The translations under genes and the position numbers were made by a program. This document shows positions 37,700 to 48,463 of a stretch of 64,000 nt of DNA, one piece after another (the stretch's first letter is position 1; the number at the start of each line of letters is the position of its first letter). Below the pieces are notes generated by a model, which was given only the letters and a program-made list of their open reading frames with translations, was not told where the DNA came from and did not search any database. The DNA comes from an uncultured bacterium (GTDB lineage Bacteria; Oederibacteriota; PGYV01; CAWJRG01), in assembly GCA_963845185.1 (NCBI GenBank), contig CAWJRG010000009.1, forward strand, positions 1 through 64,000, in the 5' to 3' direction.

Positions 37700-38637
37700 C
37701 ATCAATAGTAGTAGCTACAAGGTCTTTAAAAGCAGAGATGCTGATTCTTAAAAATATAGGCGCTGAATACAAGCAAGAGATAGTTCTTGTGTCTGGGAAA
37801 TGCCCGTCTTTTCAGCGGAATAAAGGAGTGGAGGCGGCATCTGGCAGTATCATATATTTCATCGACGATGATTCGGTGCCGATGGGCGATGTATTCCGTA
37901 AAGCACAAAAAATTTTTGACAGGGATGAAAAAGTTGCGGTGGTTGGCGGGCCTGCCGTGGCAACTCAAGGCGACACATTTATGCAAAAGACATTCGGCGA
38001 GGTCCTTGGCACGAAATGGGCGACCGGCAAAAGCATGGCGAGATATAAAAAAGCCGGAAAGCAGAGAGAAACAAGCGAGAAAGAAATGATACTTTGCAAT
38101 ATGTTTGTTAGAAAAGAAATCATGGAAAAGTTCGGAGGTTTTAACGAAAACCTTTATCCCAATGAAGAAAATGAATTTTTAAACAAAGTGCAGTCGAAGG
38201 GTTATAAGATTATATACGACCCGGATATTTACGTATCAAGAAGCCACAGGGATACCATCGGGGATTTTTTTATGCAGTGCTTCACGTACGGCAGGGGAAG
38301 AGCGGAACAGGTGCTTACATTTTTTTCGTCTGGGGATATTGTTAATTTTATTCCTGCGCTTTTTGTCATGTATCTTGTTTTCATAAATGTTTCAAGGTAC
38401 GGCGGAATTCTTAATATGCCGCTGTATCTTTACCTTGCCTTGACTGCCACTTTCTCAATAAAAGCTGCAGTTGATTTAAGAAATATACCATCTTTTTTTA
38501 TTTTTTTATTTGAGTTTCCTATGGTGCATGTTGCTTACGGTTGCGGCTTTATCTACGGATTTTTTAAGCATATTGTTTCAAGGGGAAAAAAGGCAATAAA
38601 CAGGCAGATTGAAATAAAGGTAATAAAGGGAAAATAA
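37690..38637 (+). CDS. Glycosyltransferase family 2 with C-terminal TM helices
   Basis: QRNKG, YFIDDD, GGFNE.LYPNEE and YGRGR motifs. Confidence 0.88.
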   Translation: MDLTSIVVATRSLKAEMLILKNIGAEYKQEIVLVSGKCPSFQRNKGVEAASGSIIYFIDDDSVPMGDVFRKAQKIFDRDEKVAVVGGPAVATQGDTFMQKTFGEVLGTKWATGKSMARYKKAGKQRETSEKEMILCNMFVRKEIMEKFGGFNENLYPNEENEFLNKVQSKGYKIIYDPDIYVSRSHRDTIGDFFMQCFTYGRGRAEQVLTFFSSGDIVNFIPALFVMYLVFINVSRYGGILNMPLYLYLALTATFSIKAAVDLRNIPSFFIFLFEFPMVHVAYGCGFIYGFFKHIVSRGKKAINRQIEIKVIKGK

Positions 38638-38639
38638 AA

Positions 38640-39707
38640 GTGAAAATACTTGTTTTATGTTCTCAGGCGAAAAATACAGGTGCAAAACTGCGCGCTGAAT
38701 ATATATTCCGATATTTAAAAAAGGCAGGCGCCGACGCCGATTATATATTACCTCCCTTAAACAGTATGCCTTTTATGTTTGATTTTTTACTTACGATATT
38801 CTATTACTTTTTTAAACTAATGAACAGAAGGCCGGATATTGTTTATATTTTAAAGCCTTACCCCAATACCGTGCTGCCGGCTTTGATGCTTAAACCCCGC
38901 GGAGCAAAACTGATAATTGACATAGATGACCTTGACCATGGTTACAGGTCCGGAGCAGTCTCGCATTTAATAAAATGGATGCAGCAAAAACTAACAAAAG
39001 CGGCAGACCTTATCACCTCGCATAACGATGAACTGATCAAACTCATAAAAAAAGAGCACCCGGCATACAGGGATAAAATATATAAACTCAAGCAATGCGT
39101 GGATTTGGAAATATTTTCCAGCCGGGCCGTTGATAAGGTAAAAGTAAAATACATAAAAAAAGAATATTCGGGAAAAATAATCCTTTTTTACATGGCGCAC
39201 TTAAATATAGCAAGCTGTTTGGATGAAATAATAGACGCGGTTTCCAGACTGAAAAGAAAAAACACCGTGTTGCTGGTTGCTGGCGGCGGGCCCATGTATG
39301 GCAATTACAAAAGGCTGGCGGAAAGAAAAGCAAAAAGCATGGTAGTTTTTCTAGGGCCAATGCCGCAGCATCAGGCGGTTAATTATATAGCGGCATCCGA
39401 TTTATGCCTTGTATATTACAGGAATTCGCTTGTAAACAAGTACAGGGCCTCAATGAAAATAAGGGAGTATCTGGCGCTATCCAAAAATATAGTGGCGGAT
39501 AGCGTAGGGGAAATAAAGAATTTTAGAAAACTCGTTTATTTAAGCGCACCGGCTGTGGGGGCGTATGCTGCTGAAATTGAAAAGCGGACAAAAACACTTG
39601 ATAACAGGGCAAAAAAGGGGTATAAATTTATACAAAAGGAATATAACTGGGACAGGGAAATCCGATTATTTTATGTATTCTTAAAAAAGAGCCTGTTACA
39701 AATTTAA
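38640..39707 (+). CDS. Glycosyltransferase family 4-like
   Basis: DIDD, VAGGGP, ASDLCL, SMKIREYLA and YNW motifs. Confidence 0.82.
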   Translation: MKILVLCSQAKNTGAKLRAEYIFRYLKKAGADADYILPPLNSMPFMFDFLLTIFYYFFKLMNRRPDIVYILKPYPNTVLPALMLKPRGAKLIIDIDDLDHGYRSGAVSHLIKWMQQKLTKAADLITSHNDELIKLIKKEHPAYRDKIYKLKQCVDLEIFSSRAVDKVKVKYIKKEYSGKIILFYMAHLNIASCLDEIIDAVSRLKRKNTVLLVAGGGPMYGNYKRLAERKAKSMVVFLGPMPQHQAVNYIAASDLCLVYYRNSLVNKYRASMKIREYLALSKNIVADSVGEIKNFRKLVYLSAPAVGAYAAEIEKRTKTLDNRAKKGYKFIQKEYNWDREIRLFYVFLKKSLLQI

Positions 39708-39758
39708 AAGTGATAATAACAGGGATACTGCCTGCTGTAAAGCAGTGAGGAGCAAGAA

Positions 39759-40754
39759 GTGCAGACAGAAGCCAGATTTTATAAAAAGGAACCTGTAGGG
39801 AAAACAAGATGTGTGTTATGCCCGCACCGCTGTTTTATTGCAAATAACAAAGAAGGTATTTGCAAAGTAAGGATAAATAAAGACGGGATTTTATACTCCA
39901 AAATATATGGAGAAGTTGCCACCTATGCCATGGATCCCATTGAAAAAAAGCCGCTTTATCATTTCTATCCGGGCAGTCAAATATTTTCAATAGGGACATG
40001 GGGATGCAATTTAAAGTGCACGTTCTGCCAAAATTGGACAATATCGCAACAGGAAGTTCCAACCGAAAATTTTTCCTCCCAGGAGATTGTAAATATAGCA
40101 ATAAAGGAAAATTCATTAGGCATTGCCTATACTTATAATGAACCGTTTATATGGTATGAGTATGTTTATGATACGGCAAAAATTGCCAAAGAAAAAGGTT
40201 TAAAAAATGTACTTGTAACAAACGGCTTTGTCAATGAAGACCCTTTAAAAGAAATATTTCCCTTGATTGACGCAATGAATATTGATTTAAAAGCAAGCAA
40301 TGAAGGCTTTTATAGGGAAATATGCAGCGGCCAGCTGCCACCGGTTATGAGGACCATTAAGTTATCATACAACGCAGGCATACATACTGAAATAACAAAC
40401 CTTATAATCCCGACATTAAATGACAAGGATGATGAAATAGCCGCGATAGTAGACTGGATTGCCGGGATTTCAAAAGACATTCCTTTGCATTTTTCCAGGT
40501 ATTATCCGCAATATCTAATGAACATTGACCCGACAGATATTTCCACATTAAAGAAAGCTTATGATATAGCCAAACAAAAACTAAATTATGTTTATCTGGG
40601 AAATGTTCCTGTGGATAAGGAGGAGGGCAATACTATTTGCCCAAACTGCAAAAAAGAACTTATAAAAAGAGAAATGTACAATATAAGCATTACCGGCATG
40701 AATGCGGACAATTGTAAATTTTGTAAAACAAAGATTTATGGAAAATTTGAATGA
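39759..40754 (+). CDS. amrS: AmmeMemoRadiSam system radical SAM enzyme
   Basis: CVLCPHRC, DPIEKKPLYHFYPG, GCNLKCTFCQNW and LHFSRYYP motifs. Confidence 0.93.
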   Translation: MQTEARFYKKEPVGKTRCVLCPHRCFIANNKEGICKVRINKDGILYSKIYGEVATYAMDPIEKKPLYHFYPGSQIFSIGTWGCNLKCTFCQNWTISQQEVPTENFSSQEIVNIAIKENSLGIAYTYNEPFIWYEYVYDTAKIAKEKGLKNVLVTNGFVNEDPLKEIFPLIDAMNIDLKASNEGFYREICSGQLPPVMRTIKLSYNAGIHTEITNLIIPTLNDKDDEIAAIVDWIAGISKDIPLHFSRYYPQYLMNIDPTDISTLKKAYDIAKQKLNYVYLGNVPVDKEEGNTICPNCKKELIKREMYNISITGMNADNCKFCKTKIYGKFE

Positions 40755-41386
40755 GACATAGCAATCCTAATTTGAGAAAGAAATATGATAAATACGAATG
40801 GAAACAGAGCGGGATTATCCTGGCCTCGTCCTCGCCCCGCAGGATAGGCCTACTAAAAAAACACAATATTAAATTTAAAATTATAAGGCATAAAATTAAC
40901 GAAAAAAAGATAATGAAATTTATCAAATCAAAAGATCCGTACAGGATAGCGCAGGCAATAGCTTTTGAAAAAGCAATGTCTGTGGCGTGCAGGAAAAAAT
41001 CAGGGATTGTACTGGGGGCTGACACAATAGTAGTGGCAGGAAGGGAAATAATAGGCAAACCGTCATCGGCAAACGATGCCATAAGAATATTAAAGGTTTT
41101 AAGCGGTACGACGCACAGAGTAATTACAGCGCTTGTTTTTATTGATACCGGCGACGGGAAGACGCTTATTACCCACGATGAATCATTTGTAACTTTCAAA
41201 AAACTGGATTTAAAACAAATGAAAGATTATATCAAAAAAAATAATGTCCTTGACAAGGCCGGTGCATACGCAATCCAGGAAGGCGCGGATCCGTTTATAA
41301 ATAAGATAAGAGGTTCATATTATAACATTGTCGGGCTACCGATAGAGAAAGTAAAAAGTATTTTAAGAAATTGGAAAAAGTTGTAG
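40751..41386 (+). CDS. maf: Maf family nucleoside triphosphate pyrophosphatase
   Basis: ILASSSPRR, GADTIV, GKP, DKAGAYAIQ and NIVGLP motifs. Confidence 0.94.
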   Translation: MRHSNPNLRKKYDKYEWKQSGIILASSSPRRIGLLKKHNIKFKIIRHKINEKKIMKFIKSKDPYRIAQAIAFEKAMSVACRKKSGIVLGADTIVVAGREIIGKPSSANDAIRILKVLSGTTHRVITALVFIDTGDGKTLITHDESFVTFKKLDLKQMKDYIKKNNVLDKAGAYAIQEGADPFINKIRGSYYNIVGLPIEKVKSILRNWKKL

Positions 41387-41458
41387 TTAAATGACCTGAT
41401 AGAGTTAAAATTTGGTTGAACCTATTGCAAGAGTTTCAAAAATTAAATTTGGAATTGA

Positions 41459-42922
41459 TCACAGATTTTTTTCATATATTTCAACTTTAGTCTCTTTTTT
41501 GAGGAAGGCAATGAAATCTTTATAAAGTTGCTTGAATTTCAACTGTTTTAAACCCGATTCAATATCATCCGTCTCTTTTATAAATGCCTTTTCATCATAA
41601 GGAGTGTAATCTTCTTCTACCACATTGAACAGGTAATAACCATTTTTACCATTTATTACATCGGACATATCATTTAAATTCATATCAAATACAATATCTT
41701 TAAAGTCGTCGGAATCTATTTCCTTTGATTTGGATTCAATGTTTATCCAGGATGATGTCAGCAAGCTTGTATTATTTTTTACTGAAACTTTCTCAAAATC
41801 ATCAGGAGTTTTTATTTCTTCTTTCAAAGCTTTAATTTTAGATTGAGCTATTTTCATACCTTCCTGTTTCAACAACTCCTCCCGGACTTTTGTTTTAGTA
41901 TTTTCGAATGTCGGTTCAAAGCCGGATTCTTTATCCAAACACTTTATAACGTGAAAGCCGAATTTTGTTTTTGTAACATCACTTATCCCGCCTTTTTTAA
42001 GGTTAAAAGCAACTTTTTCAAACTCGGGTAATGTCATACCTTTTGATAGCCAACCAAGTTCTCCGCCTTTAGATGCAGAACCGGGATCCCTTGAATATTT
42101 TTTTGCAAGGGCTTCAAAAGATTCTCCGGACTTTGCTTTTTTTTCTATTTCCTGCGCAAGTTTTAAAGCTGCTTCTTCGGTCAGCCCAGTCGGTGAGGAA
42201 GGCGATGCATCGGGAATAATAAGTATGTGCGACACTTTGACCCTGTCTGGTTTTTCATAATCTTTTCTATGCATAGCATAATAATCTCTCATGAGATCAT
42301 CAGTAAGTTTGATGTCTTTTGTATAATCTTTATAATTAAAGTAAATATATTTTATTTTTAATCTTCTATGGCGCTTTAAGAAATAATTTTTTTCCTCGTC
42401 TTTAGTAAATTTTATCTGGGAAAGAAGGAAATTTTTTAATTTGGTTACAATCAAGTATTGCTTCTGCTGGCTTTCAAACTGCTCGGTTGTTATCCTGTTA
42501 TTCTGCAGTATCTGAAAATATTTTTTTGAGTCGAATTGCTTGTCGGTTTGAAATGCCTGAATGTTCATTATTGACTGCGCAATCTCGTCGTCGTTTGTTG
42601 ATATATTGACTTTTTGCGCATATCCAAGCAAAAGCATTTTTTCAATTATTTCATCGAGGGTCTCTTTTTTAAGCTGTTTTTCTTCTTCGTCAGATATTTT
42701 TTCGCCTGCTTCTGACATTGATTCCTGCTTGTTTTGCCATGCATCAGCAAGCGTCGAATATGAAATTTCCTGCTTGCCTACAACCGCAATAGTATCTGGA
42801 TTTACACCACCAGTTATAGCGCCTTTCATACCCCATAAAGCGAAGATTGTAACGAGAAAAGCAGATAGGACTACCCAAAGAATAGTTTTGGTATTATATC
42901 TAAACCAATTCATCATAAGCAT
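41459..42922 (-). CDS. SurA/PpiD-like parvulin peptidyl-prolyl isomerase
   Basis: N-terminal TM, SurA-N domain, VSHILI, FEALAKKYS.DPGSASKGGELG and TKFGFHVI motifs. Confidence 0.9.
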   Translation of the reverse strand: MLMMNWFRYNTKTILWVVLSAFLVTIFALWGMKGAITGGVNPDTIAVVGKQEISYSTLADAWQNKQESMSEAGEKISDEEEKQLKKETLDEIIEKMLLLGYAQKVNISTNDDEIAQSIMNIQAFQTDKQFDSKKYFQILQNNRITTEQFESQQKQYLIVTKLKNFLLSQIKFTKDEEKNYFLKRHRRLKIKYIYFNYKDYTKDIKLTDDLMRDYYAMHRKDYEKPDRVKVSHILIIPDASPSSPTGLTEEAALKLAQEIEKKAKSGESFEALAKKYSRDPGSASKGGELGWLSKGMTLPEFEKVAFNLKKGGISDVTKTKFGFHVIKCLDKESGFEPTFENTKTKVREELLKQEGMKIAQSKIKALKEEIKTPDDFEKVSVKNNTSLLTSSWINIESKSKEIDSDDFKDIVFDMNLNDMSDVINGKNGYYLFNVVEEDYTPYDEKAFIKETDDIESGLKQLKFKQLYKDFIAFLKKETKVEIYEKNL

Positions 42923-43137
42923 AAGAAAACACCTCAGTATCTAAAATATAATTTGCAATTCAAAACGAAAATATGCAAATAAAACTGGACTATTATAGAG
43001 AATTTTGGCAATAAAAGCAATGAAAATTTCAATACAAGGGCGGCTAAATTCGGTTTATTTTAATCTCTTTCAGAATTTTTTATAAAATATGTAATAATAG
43101 AATTTGAAAATGCCCTTATAAATAAGCGCAAAAATTA

Positions 43138-44904
43138 TTACGGTTTACTAATTAAATAATTTTCCAACGTCATATATTTTAAGCCTGAATTTTCGAAAGT
43201 AAAAATTGCCTGTTCGAGTGACCACAAAAGCGGGTATCCGTGTATATTAAAAGAAGTATTCAGCAGACCACCCATGCCGGTAGCTTCTTCGTAATACTTG
43301 AGCAATCTATATAGATTCGGATTGTCGCTTTTTTCCACTAGTTGAGGCCTTAAGGTTTTATCTTTGGGATGAATGGCAGCTTTCAAATGTTCCTGAGCCA
43401 ATTCAGTCGAATCAAAGCAGGTTATCATATATTTACTGCTGTGCCCGACTTTCGGTTTCAGCATGGCCCATTCTTTAATATATCGTTCGGCCCATTCCAC
43501 AAGTATTGTTGGTGCAAAAGGCATTCGGGAATCCCTCATTTTTATCATTTTATTTATTATATAAATGGTTTTTAAATCGCTGGCGTTACCCATTATGCAC
43601 CTGTTACATAAGGAACGCGCACCCCATTCGCCTGTGCCATTAAACCTTGCAACCACTTCAAAGTTTTTAAGCAGCTTTACTGTTTCCAGTTCTATATCAT
43701 CAAAATACAATATTTTATATTTGAAATCGTATTTTTTTTGCTTCAAAAAGGTTTCAACTTCGCTGTTTATATATTTAAAGCCTTTGAACATAAGTTCATC
43801 GGATTTTAAATTTAAATTTTTATTAAAATAGGGGAGAGCGGCGCAACCTAAAACCATGCTTTCTTCACCGCAAGAAGGCATAAAGTAAACCCTGTCAATC
43901 TCCTGAAGCTCCTGTACCTTTTTGTTCAGTTTTACATTCATGAAAATACCTCCGGTACAGGCAATCGATTTAATACCGGTCTTTTTTATTGCTGCCTTTA
44001 TCCAATTAATGACTATGTCTTCTAGAAAATGCTGTAAACCTGCGGATATGTTTTCGGAGGTTTCTCCTGTAAAATTTTCCTTAAAAAATATTGAAGCTGA
44101 ATTCAAATTGAATTTTGAAGAAAATACCAAATTTTCCTTATCAAAAAAAATATTTTCTGCTAATTTATCGTAGATTTTTTTGTATTGTTCTTCTTCGCTG
44201 ACATAGGCGGCAAGTCCCATAACTTCATATTCGTGTTCGTTTTTCTTCATACCTACAAAAGCTGTTGCCTCAGTATATAAAAGTCCAAGTGAGGCTGGGG
44301 TAATGCTGTTTGCAATATTTATAATTTTTTTGGAGATACCATTATATATATAAATTTTTGCAAAATAGCCATCGCCTCCGCTATCCATTGAAAAAATTAA
44401 GATATTTTTATCGAAATTTTGTAAGTTGTAAAAATAAACCACGCTCAATACATTAGAAAGATGATGATCGTAATAAAGTACTTTTTTATTGGATACATTG
44501 TAATTTTTACTCAAATAATTATTAATTGCTTTTTTAGATTTGGGGGATATGATTTCACGCGTTATAAACTTTTTTACAATATAAAAAAATTGTTGCAAAA
44601 ATGCAAGCTTATATGCCAAAAAAATAAATACTTTGTTAAATGTATTATTTTCAATCGTATTCATGGCCGGCTTTTTGGCGGTGGTGGGTGTATATTCGAA
44701 TAAAACTTCGATGAAAGGGAAGGTGAAATAATCCACTTTTTTAAAGTCATATAGTTTCATAAGGTAATCAAGACTTTTATGTGGAAATCCCATTTGGTTT
44801 TTTATATAGCTAAATTTTTCTTCATGTATGACTTTTTTACATATCCCGTCTTCAAAATATGAAACTGTAGCATTATGCCCGGGATAAATAGCGATCACAT
44901 TCAT
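43138..44904 (-). CDS. Carbamoyltransferase (NodU/CmcH/TobZ family)
   Basis: GHNAT, HEEKF, EVMGLAAY, GGIFMNVKLN, EWGARSLCNR, MPFAP, HPKDKTLRPQ and LNTSFNIHG motifs. Confidence 0.9.
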   Translation of the reverse strand: MNVIAIYPGHNATVSYFEDGICKKVIHEEKFSYIKNQMGFPHKSLDYLMKLYDFKKVDYFTFPFIEVLFEYTPTTAKKPAMNTIENNTFNKVFIFLAYKLAFLQQFFYIVKKFITREIISPKSKKAINNYLSKNYNVSNKKVLYYDHHLSNVLSVVYFYNLQNFDKNILIFSMDSGGDGYFAKIYIYNGISKKIINIANSITPASLGLLYTEATAFVGMKKNEHEYEVMGLAAYVSEEEQYKKIYDKLAENIFFDKENLVFSSKFNLNSASIFFKENFTGETSENISAGLQHFLEDIVINWIKAAIKKTGIKSIACTGGIFMNVKLNKKVQELQEIDRVYFMPSCGEESMVLGCAALPYFNKNLNLKSDELMFKGFKYINSEVETFLKQKKYDFKYKILYFDDIELETVKLLKNFEVVARFNGTGEWGARSLCNRCIMGNASDLKTIYIINKMIKMRDSRMPFAPTILVEWAERYIKEWAMLKPKVGHSSKYMITCFDSTELAQEHLKAAIHPKDKTLRPQLVEKSDNPNLYRLLKYYEEATGMGGLLNTSFNIHGYPLLWSLEQAIFTFENSGLKYMTLENYLISKP

Positions 44905-45299
44905 AATATTACTATAAACCTCCTTGTGATTTCATAATAATTTATACGAAATAAATTGAAAATACAAAATAATACATATTTAGGATTAAAAATATACCAC
45001 GTTCGTGTGTGGAAAACTATGGAAAATTATAGTATATAAAGAACAAAAATCTATTAATATCACGCACGTGAATGAACGATGAGAGTTTATTTTTAATCAA
45101 TAATAGCATTCCTATACTGAAATAACTTTATTCTTTACAATCTTATTATTTCATTATATCATTTTAAAAGTTGTTATTGCATTGTTAAAGACAGAAATAG
45201 TTGAATAATCCGAGGGATTATTCAACTGATACGGCATTTTTGTTTGAAAATTTTCCGAGTCCGAATTGTAAAATTGGGCTCCGTAGGTGGTTTAATAGC

Positions 45300-46433
45300 A
45301 TGATTCCATTTAATAGACCAGCTTATACAGGGAAAGAATCGGATTATATAATTGAGGCAGTTAAAACCGGGAAAATAAGTGGAAATGGTGTTTTTGCAAA
45401 AAAATGTTGCGCTTTTCTTCAGGAAAAATTGAGGGCAAAAAAGGCAATGCTTACAACTTCCTGTACCCATGCCCTGGAAATGTCATCCTTGCTTGCTAAA
45501 ATTAAAAAGGGTGATGAGGTAATCATGCCTTCTTATACCTTTACGTCTACAGCTACTGCTTTTGTGTTACGCGGAGCGAAAATTATCTTTGTTGACATAA
45601 AAAAGAATACAATGAATATTGATGAGAAGCTAATTGAAGCGGCAATAACGAAAAAAACTAAAGTTATAGTTCCCGTTCATTACGCCGGAGTTTCTTGCGA
45701 AATGAATGAAATAATGGCACTCGCAAAAAAGAAAAATCTCGTGGTGGTAGAGGATGCGGCGCAGGGAATGATGTCTAAATACAGGGGAAAATTTCTTGGA
45801 ACAATTGGCGATATTGGATGTTTTAGTTTTCACGAAACGAAAAATTATACATGCGGCGAAGGCGGGGCAATTTTCATAAACGATAAGAGTTATGTTGAAA
45901 GAGCAGAAATTATCATGGAAAAAGGTACGAATAGGAACAAGTTTTTCCGCGGGGAAGTTGATAAGTATACATGGGTAGATGTCGGTTCATCTTATTTATT
46001 ATCGGAAATAAATGCCGCATACCTATGGGCACAACTTGAAAAAGCTGTCGTTATTAATATTAGCCGTTTAAAAATATGGAATTTCTACTCTGAATCATTA
46101 AAACCTCTTAAAGAAAGAGGATTAATTGAACTCCCTTATATTCCAGATCATTGCCAACATAACGGACATATGTTTTATTTGAAAACTAAGAATCTTGAAG
46201 AAAGAAGCAATTTAATTAATTATTTGAAAGATAAAGGAATTATGGCAATTTTTCATTATGTTCCACTGCATTCTTCACCTGCCGGAAAAAAATTTGGACG
46301 TTTTGCGGGAATAGATGTTAATACTACAAAAGAGAGTGAAAGGCTTTTGCGGCTGCCGCTATACTTTGGATTAAAAGAAAAGGAAGCTGATTACATAATT
46401 TCTAATATTAAAGATTTTTTTAAGAATGCATGA
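45300..46433 (+). CDS. wecE: dTDP-4-amino-4,6-dideoxygalactose transaminase
   Basis: MIPFN.P, TSCTHALEM, EDAAQG, FSFHETKNY.CGEGG, EKGTNR..FFRG.VDKYTW and FHYVPLH motifs. Confidence 0.93.
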   Translation: MIPFNRPAYTGKESDYIIEAVKTGKISGNGVFAKKCCAFLQEKLRAKKAMLTTSCTHALEMSSLLAKIKKGDEVIMPSYTFTSTATAFVLRGAKIIFVDIKKNTMNIDEKLIEAAITKKTKVIVPVHYAGVSCEMNEIMALAKKKNLVVVEDAAQGMMSKYRGKFLGTIGDIGCFSFHETKNYTCGEGGAIFINDKSYVERAEIIMEKGTNRNKFFRGEVDKYTWVDVGSSYLLSEINAAYLWAQLEKAVVINISRLKIWNFYSESLKPLKERGLIELPYIPDHCQHNGHMFYLKTKNLEERSNLINYLKDKGIMAIFHYVPLHSSPAGKKFGRFAGIDVNTTKESERLLRLPLYFGLKEKEADYIISNIKDFFKNA

Positions 46434-46469
46434 CAGCTATGATATTTATAATATATTAGGAGTTTAACA

Positions 46470-47201
46470 GTGGAACAATATATAAGCAAAATAGATACTG
46501 AACGGTTTGGATTTAAAATAGCAAAAATAGACTACTTTAAAGAGCCGGTTGCCAATGTTCTTGTTGATTTTAGGGAAAATGATGTTAAAATGGTAATTGG
46601 ACGTGTAAAAAGCTCGGACATTGTAAAATTAAATGAATTGGAAAATAATGGATTTCGAATAATGGATGTGCAAGTGACTTATAGGTGTGATATAAAAGAT
46701 TTTAAACAAAATCAATCAGGCAAAACTGAATCTGTTAATTTACGCAAATATACAGAAAATGACGTTGAACAAATTGTTAGAATTGCAGAAGAAGCGTTTG
46801 ATAATTATGGGCATTATGCTGCCGATGCCAAGCTTGATAGAAAAAAGTGCTGCGAAATCTATAAGGATTGGGCATTAAGAAGTTGCCTTGATAAAAATGT
46901 GGCAGATACGATATTTGTTGCCGAACTAAATGGTAGTGTGATGGGTTTTGCTACGTTTAAAGTCAATAAAGAAAAAGGCATGAAGTATGCATCGTGTGGA
47001 CTCGGGGCAGTTAATTCAAAGTACCGGGGTCGTGGGATATATCAGGCAATAATAAATCGGGCTTTAGAGTGGGGGGCGGAAGAGAATCTTGTATGGGAAG
47101 AATACAGTTGCCTAATTTATAATTTTTCTGTAAATAGATCGTATATTAATGCCGGTTTTAAACCTGTAGATTCATTTATTACATTACACTGTTGGCTTTG
47201 A
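46470..47201 (+). CDS. GNAT acetyltransferase, WecD-like
   Basis: Follows wecE. DTERFG, GHYAAD, Y.DW and AV..KYRGRGI motifs. Confidence 0.75.
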   Translation: MEQYISKIDTERFGFKIAKIDYFKEPVANVLVDFRENDVKMVIGRVKSSDIVKLNELENNGFRIMDVQVTYRCDIKDFKQNQSGKTESVNLRKYTENDVEQIVRIAEEAFDNYGHYAADAKLDRKKCCEIYKDWALRSCLDKNVADTIFVAELNGSVMGFATFKVNKEKGMKYASCGLGAVNSKYRGRGIYQAIINRALEWGAEENLVWEEYSCLIYNFSVNRSYINAGFKPVDSFITLHCWL

Positions 47202-47261
47202 TTTAGAAATCTCGGAGTTTTGGAAAAAAAGCTGAGATTATTAATATAAACAGGAGTAATA

Positions 47262-48215
47262 ATGACAAAACTTTCTTTCGTTATACCATGTTACGGCTCA
47301 GAGAAAACGATAGGTCATGTAGTTGAGGAGATAAAAAGGACCGTTGAAATAAAAAATGATTATATTTATGAGATTATATTAGTAAATGACCATTCTCCTG
47401 ACGGCGTTTTTACCGTAATAAGAGAATTATGCAAGGAAGATCCCAAGGTAAAAGCAGTCAGCCTGACACGAAATTTTGGGCAGCAAGCTGCTTTAATGGC
47501 CGGGCAGAATCAAGTCACGGGGGATATAGTTATATGCCTTGATGATGACGGACAATCGCCTGTTAATGAATTGCATAGATTGTTAGATAAACTTAATGAA
47601 GGATATGATGTTGTATACGCCGGTTATGGCACGAAAAAACAATCAATGTTAAAAAATTTCGGGAGTTGGCTTAATTTAAGAATGGTTGAAATACTTTTAA
47701 ATAGACCCAGAAAAATTAAATTATCAAGTTATTTTGTAATGCGCCGTTTGATTTCAGATGAAATGATAAAGTATAAAAATCCTTATCCTTACAATATTGG
47801 ACTTATTCTTTCAATAACCCGCAAAATAGCAAGCATAGACTGTGAAGACAGGGAAAGATTAAACGGTAAAAGCGGTTATACTTTTGCGAAACTTGTAGGA
47901 ATATGGCTTGATGGTTTTACGAATTTTTCTGTTCAACCGCTAAGAGTAGCCACGGTTCTCGGCGGTATTTGCGGAGCTTTTGGCTTTGGATTTGGGATAT
48001 ATACGGTAATACATAAAATTATGAATCCTGATATACCGGCAGGGTACAGCGCTATTATCTCAATGATTTCATTTATAGGGGGCATGATTTTACTCATGCT
48101 TGGAATGATAGGCGAATATATAGGGAGAATTTTTATAAGCATAAATAAGATTCCACAGTATGTAATAAATGAAAAAATAAATATTGAACAAGAAAATAAT
48201 TCTGACAAATCGTAA
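47262..48215 (+). CDS. Polyprenyl-phosphate glycosyltransferase (ArnC/GtrB-like GT2)
   Basis: VIPCY, VNDHSPD, RNFGQQAA, LDDDGQ, two C-terminal TMs and GEYIGRIF. Confidence 0.9.
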   Translation: MTKLSFVIPCYGSEKTIGHVVEEIKRTVEIKNDYIYEIILVNDHSPDGVFTVIRELCKEDPKVKAVSLTRNFGQQAALMAGQNQVTGDIVICLDDDGQSPVNELHRLLDKLNEGYDVVYAGYGTKKQSMLKNFGSWLNLRMVEILLNRPRKIKLSSYFVMRRLISDEMIKYKNPYPYNIGLILSITRKIASIDCEDRERLNGKSGYTFAKLVGIWLDGFTNFSVQPLRVATVLGGICGAFGFGFGIYTVIHKIMNPDIPAGYSAIISMISFIGGMILLMLGMIGEYIGRIFISINKIPQYVINEKINIEQENNSDKS

Positions 48216-48463
48216 AACTAACAGAGTATTACCATATAATATAATTAAGCGAATTTTATTATGGGTAAAGCAAAATTTAAGCAATTATATTCTTTTTAAC
48301 CTGTATTTTGAATAAATTCTTGCTGAGAAAATGGAATGAGAAATTTATGATATATTTTTATTTAACAAAAATAAAAAATAAGTTAGCAAAAAAGAAAGAT
48401 TTAAACTAAAATATGCTATAATATTTAGCATGCATGAAGCAAAAAATCAATACGGAGGTTGCA

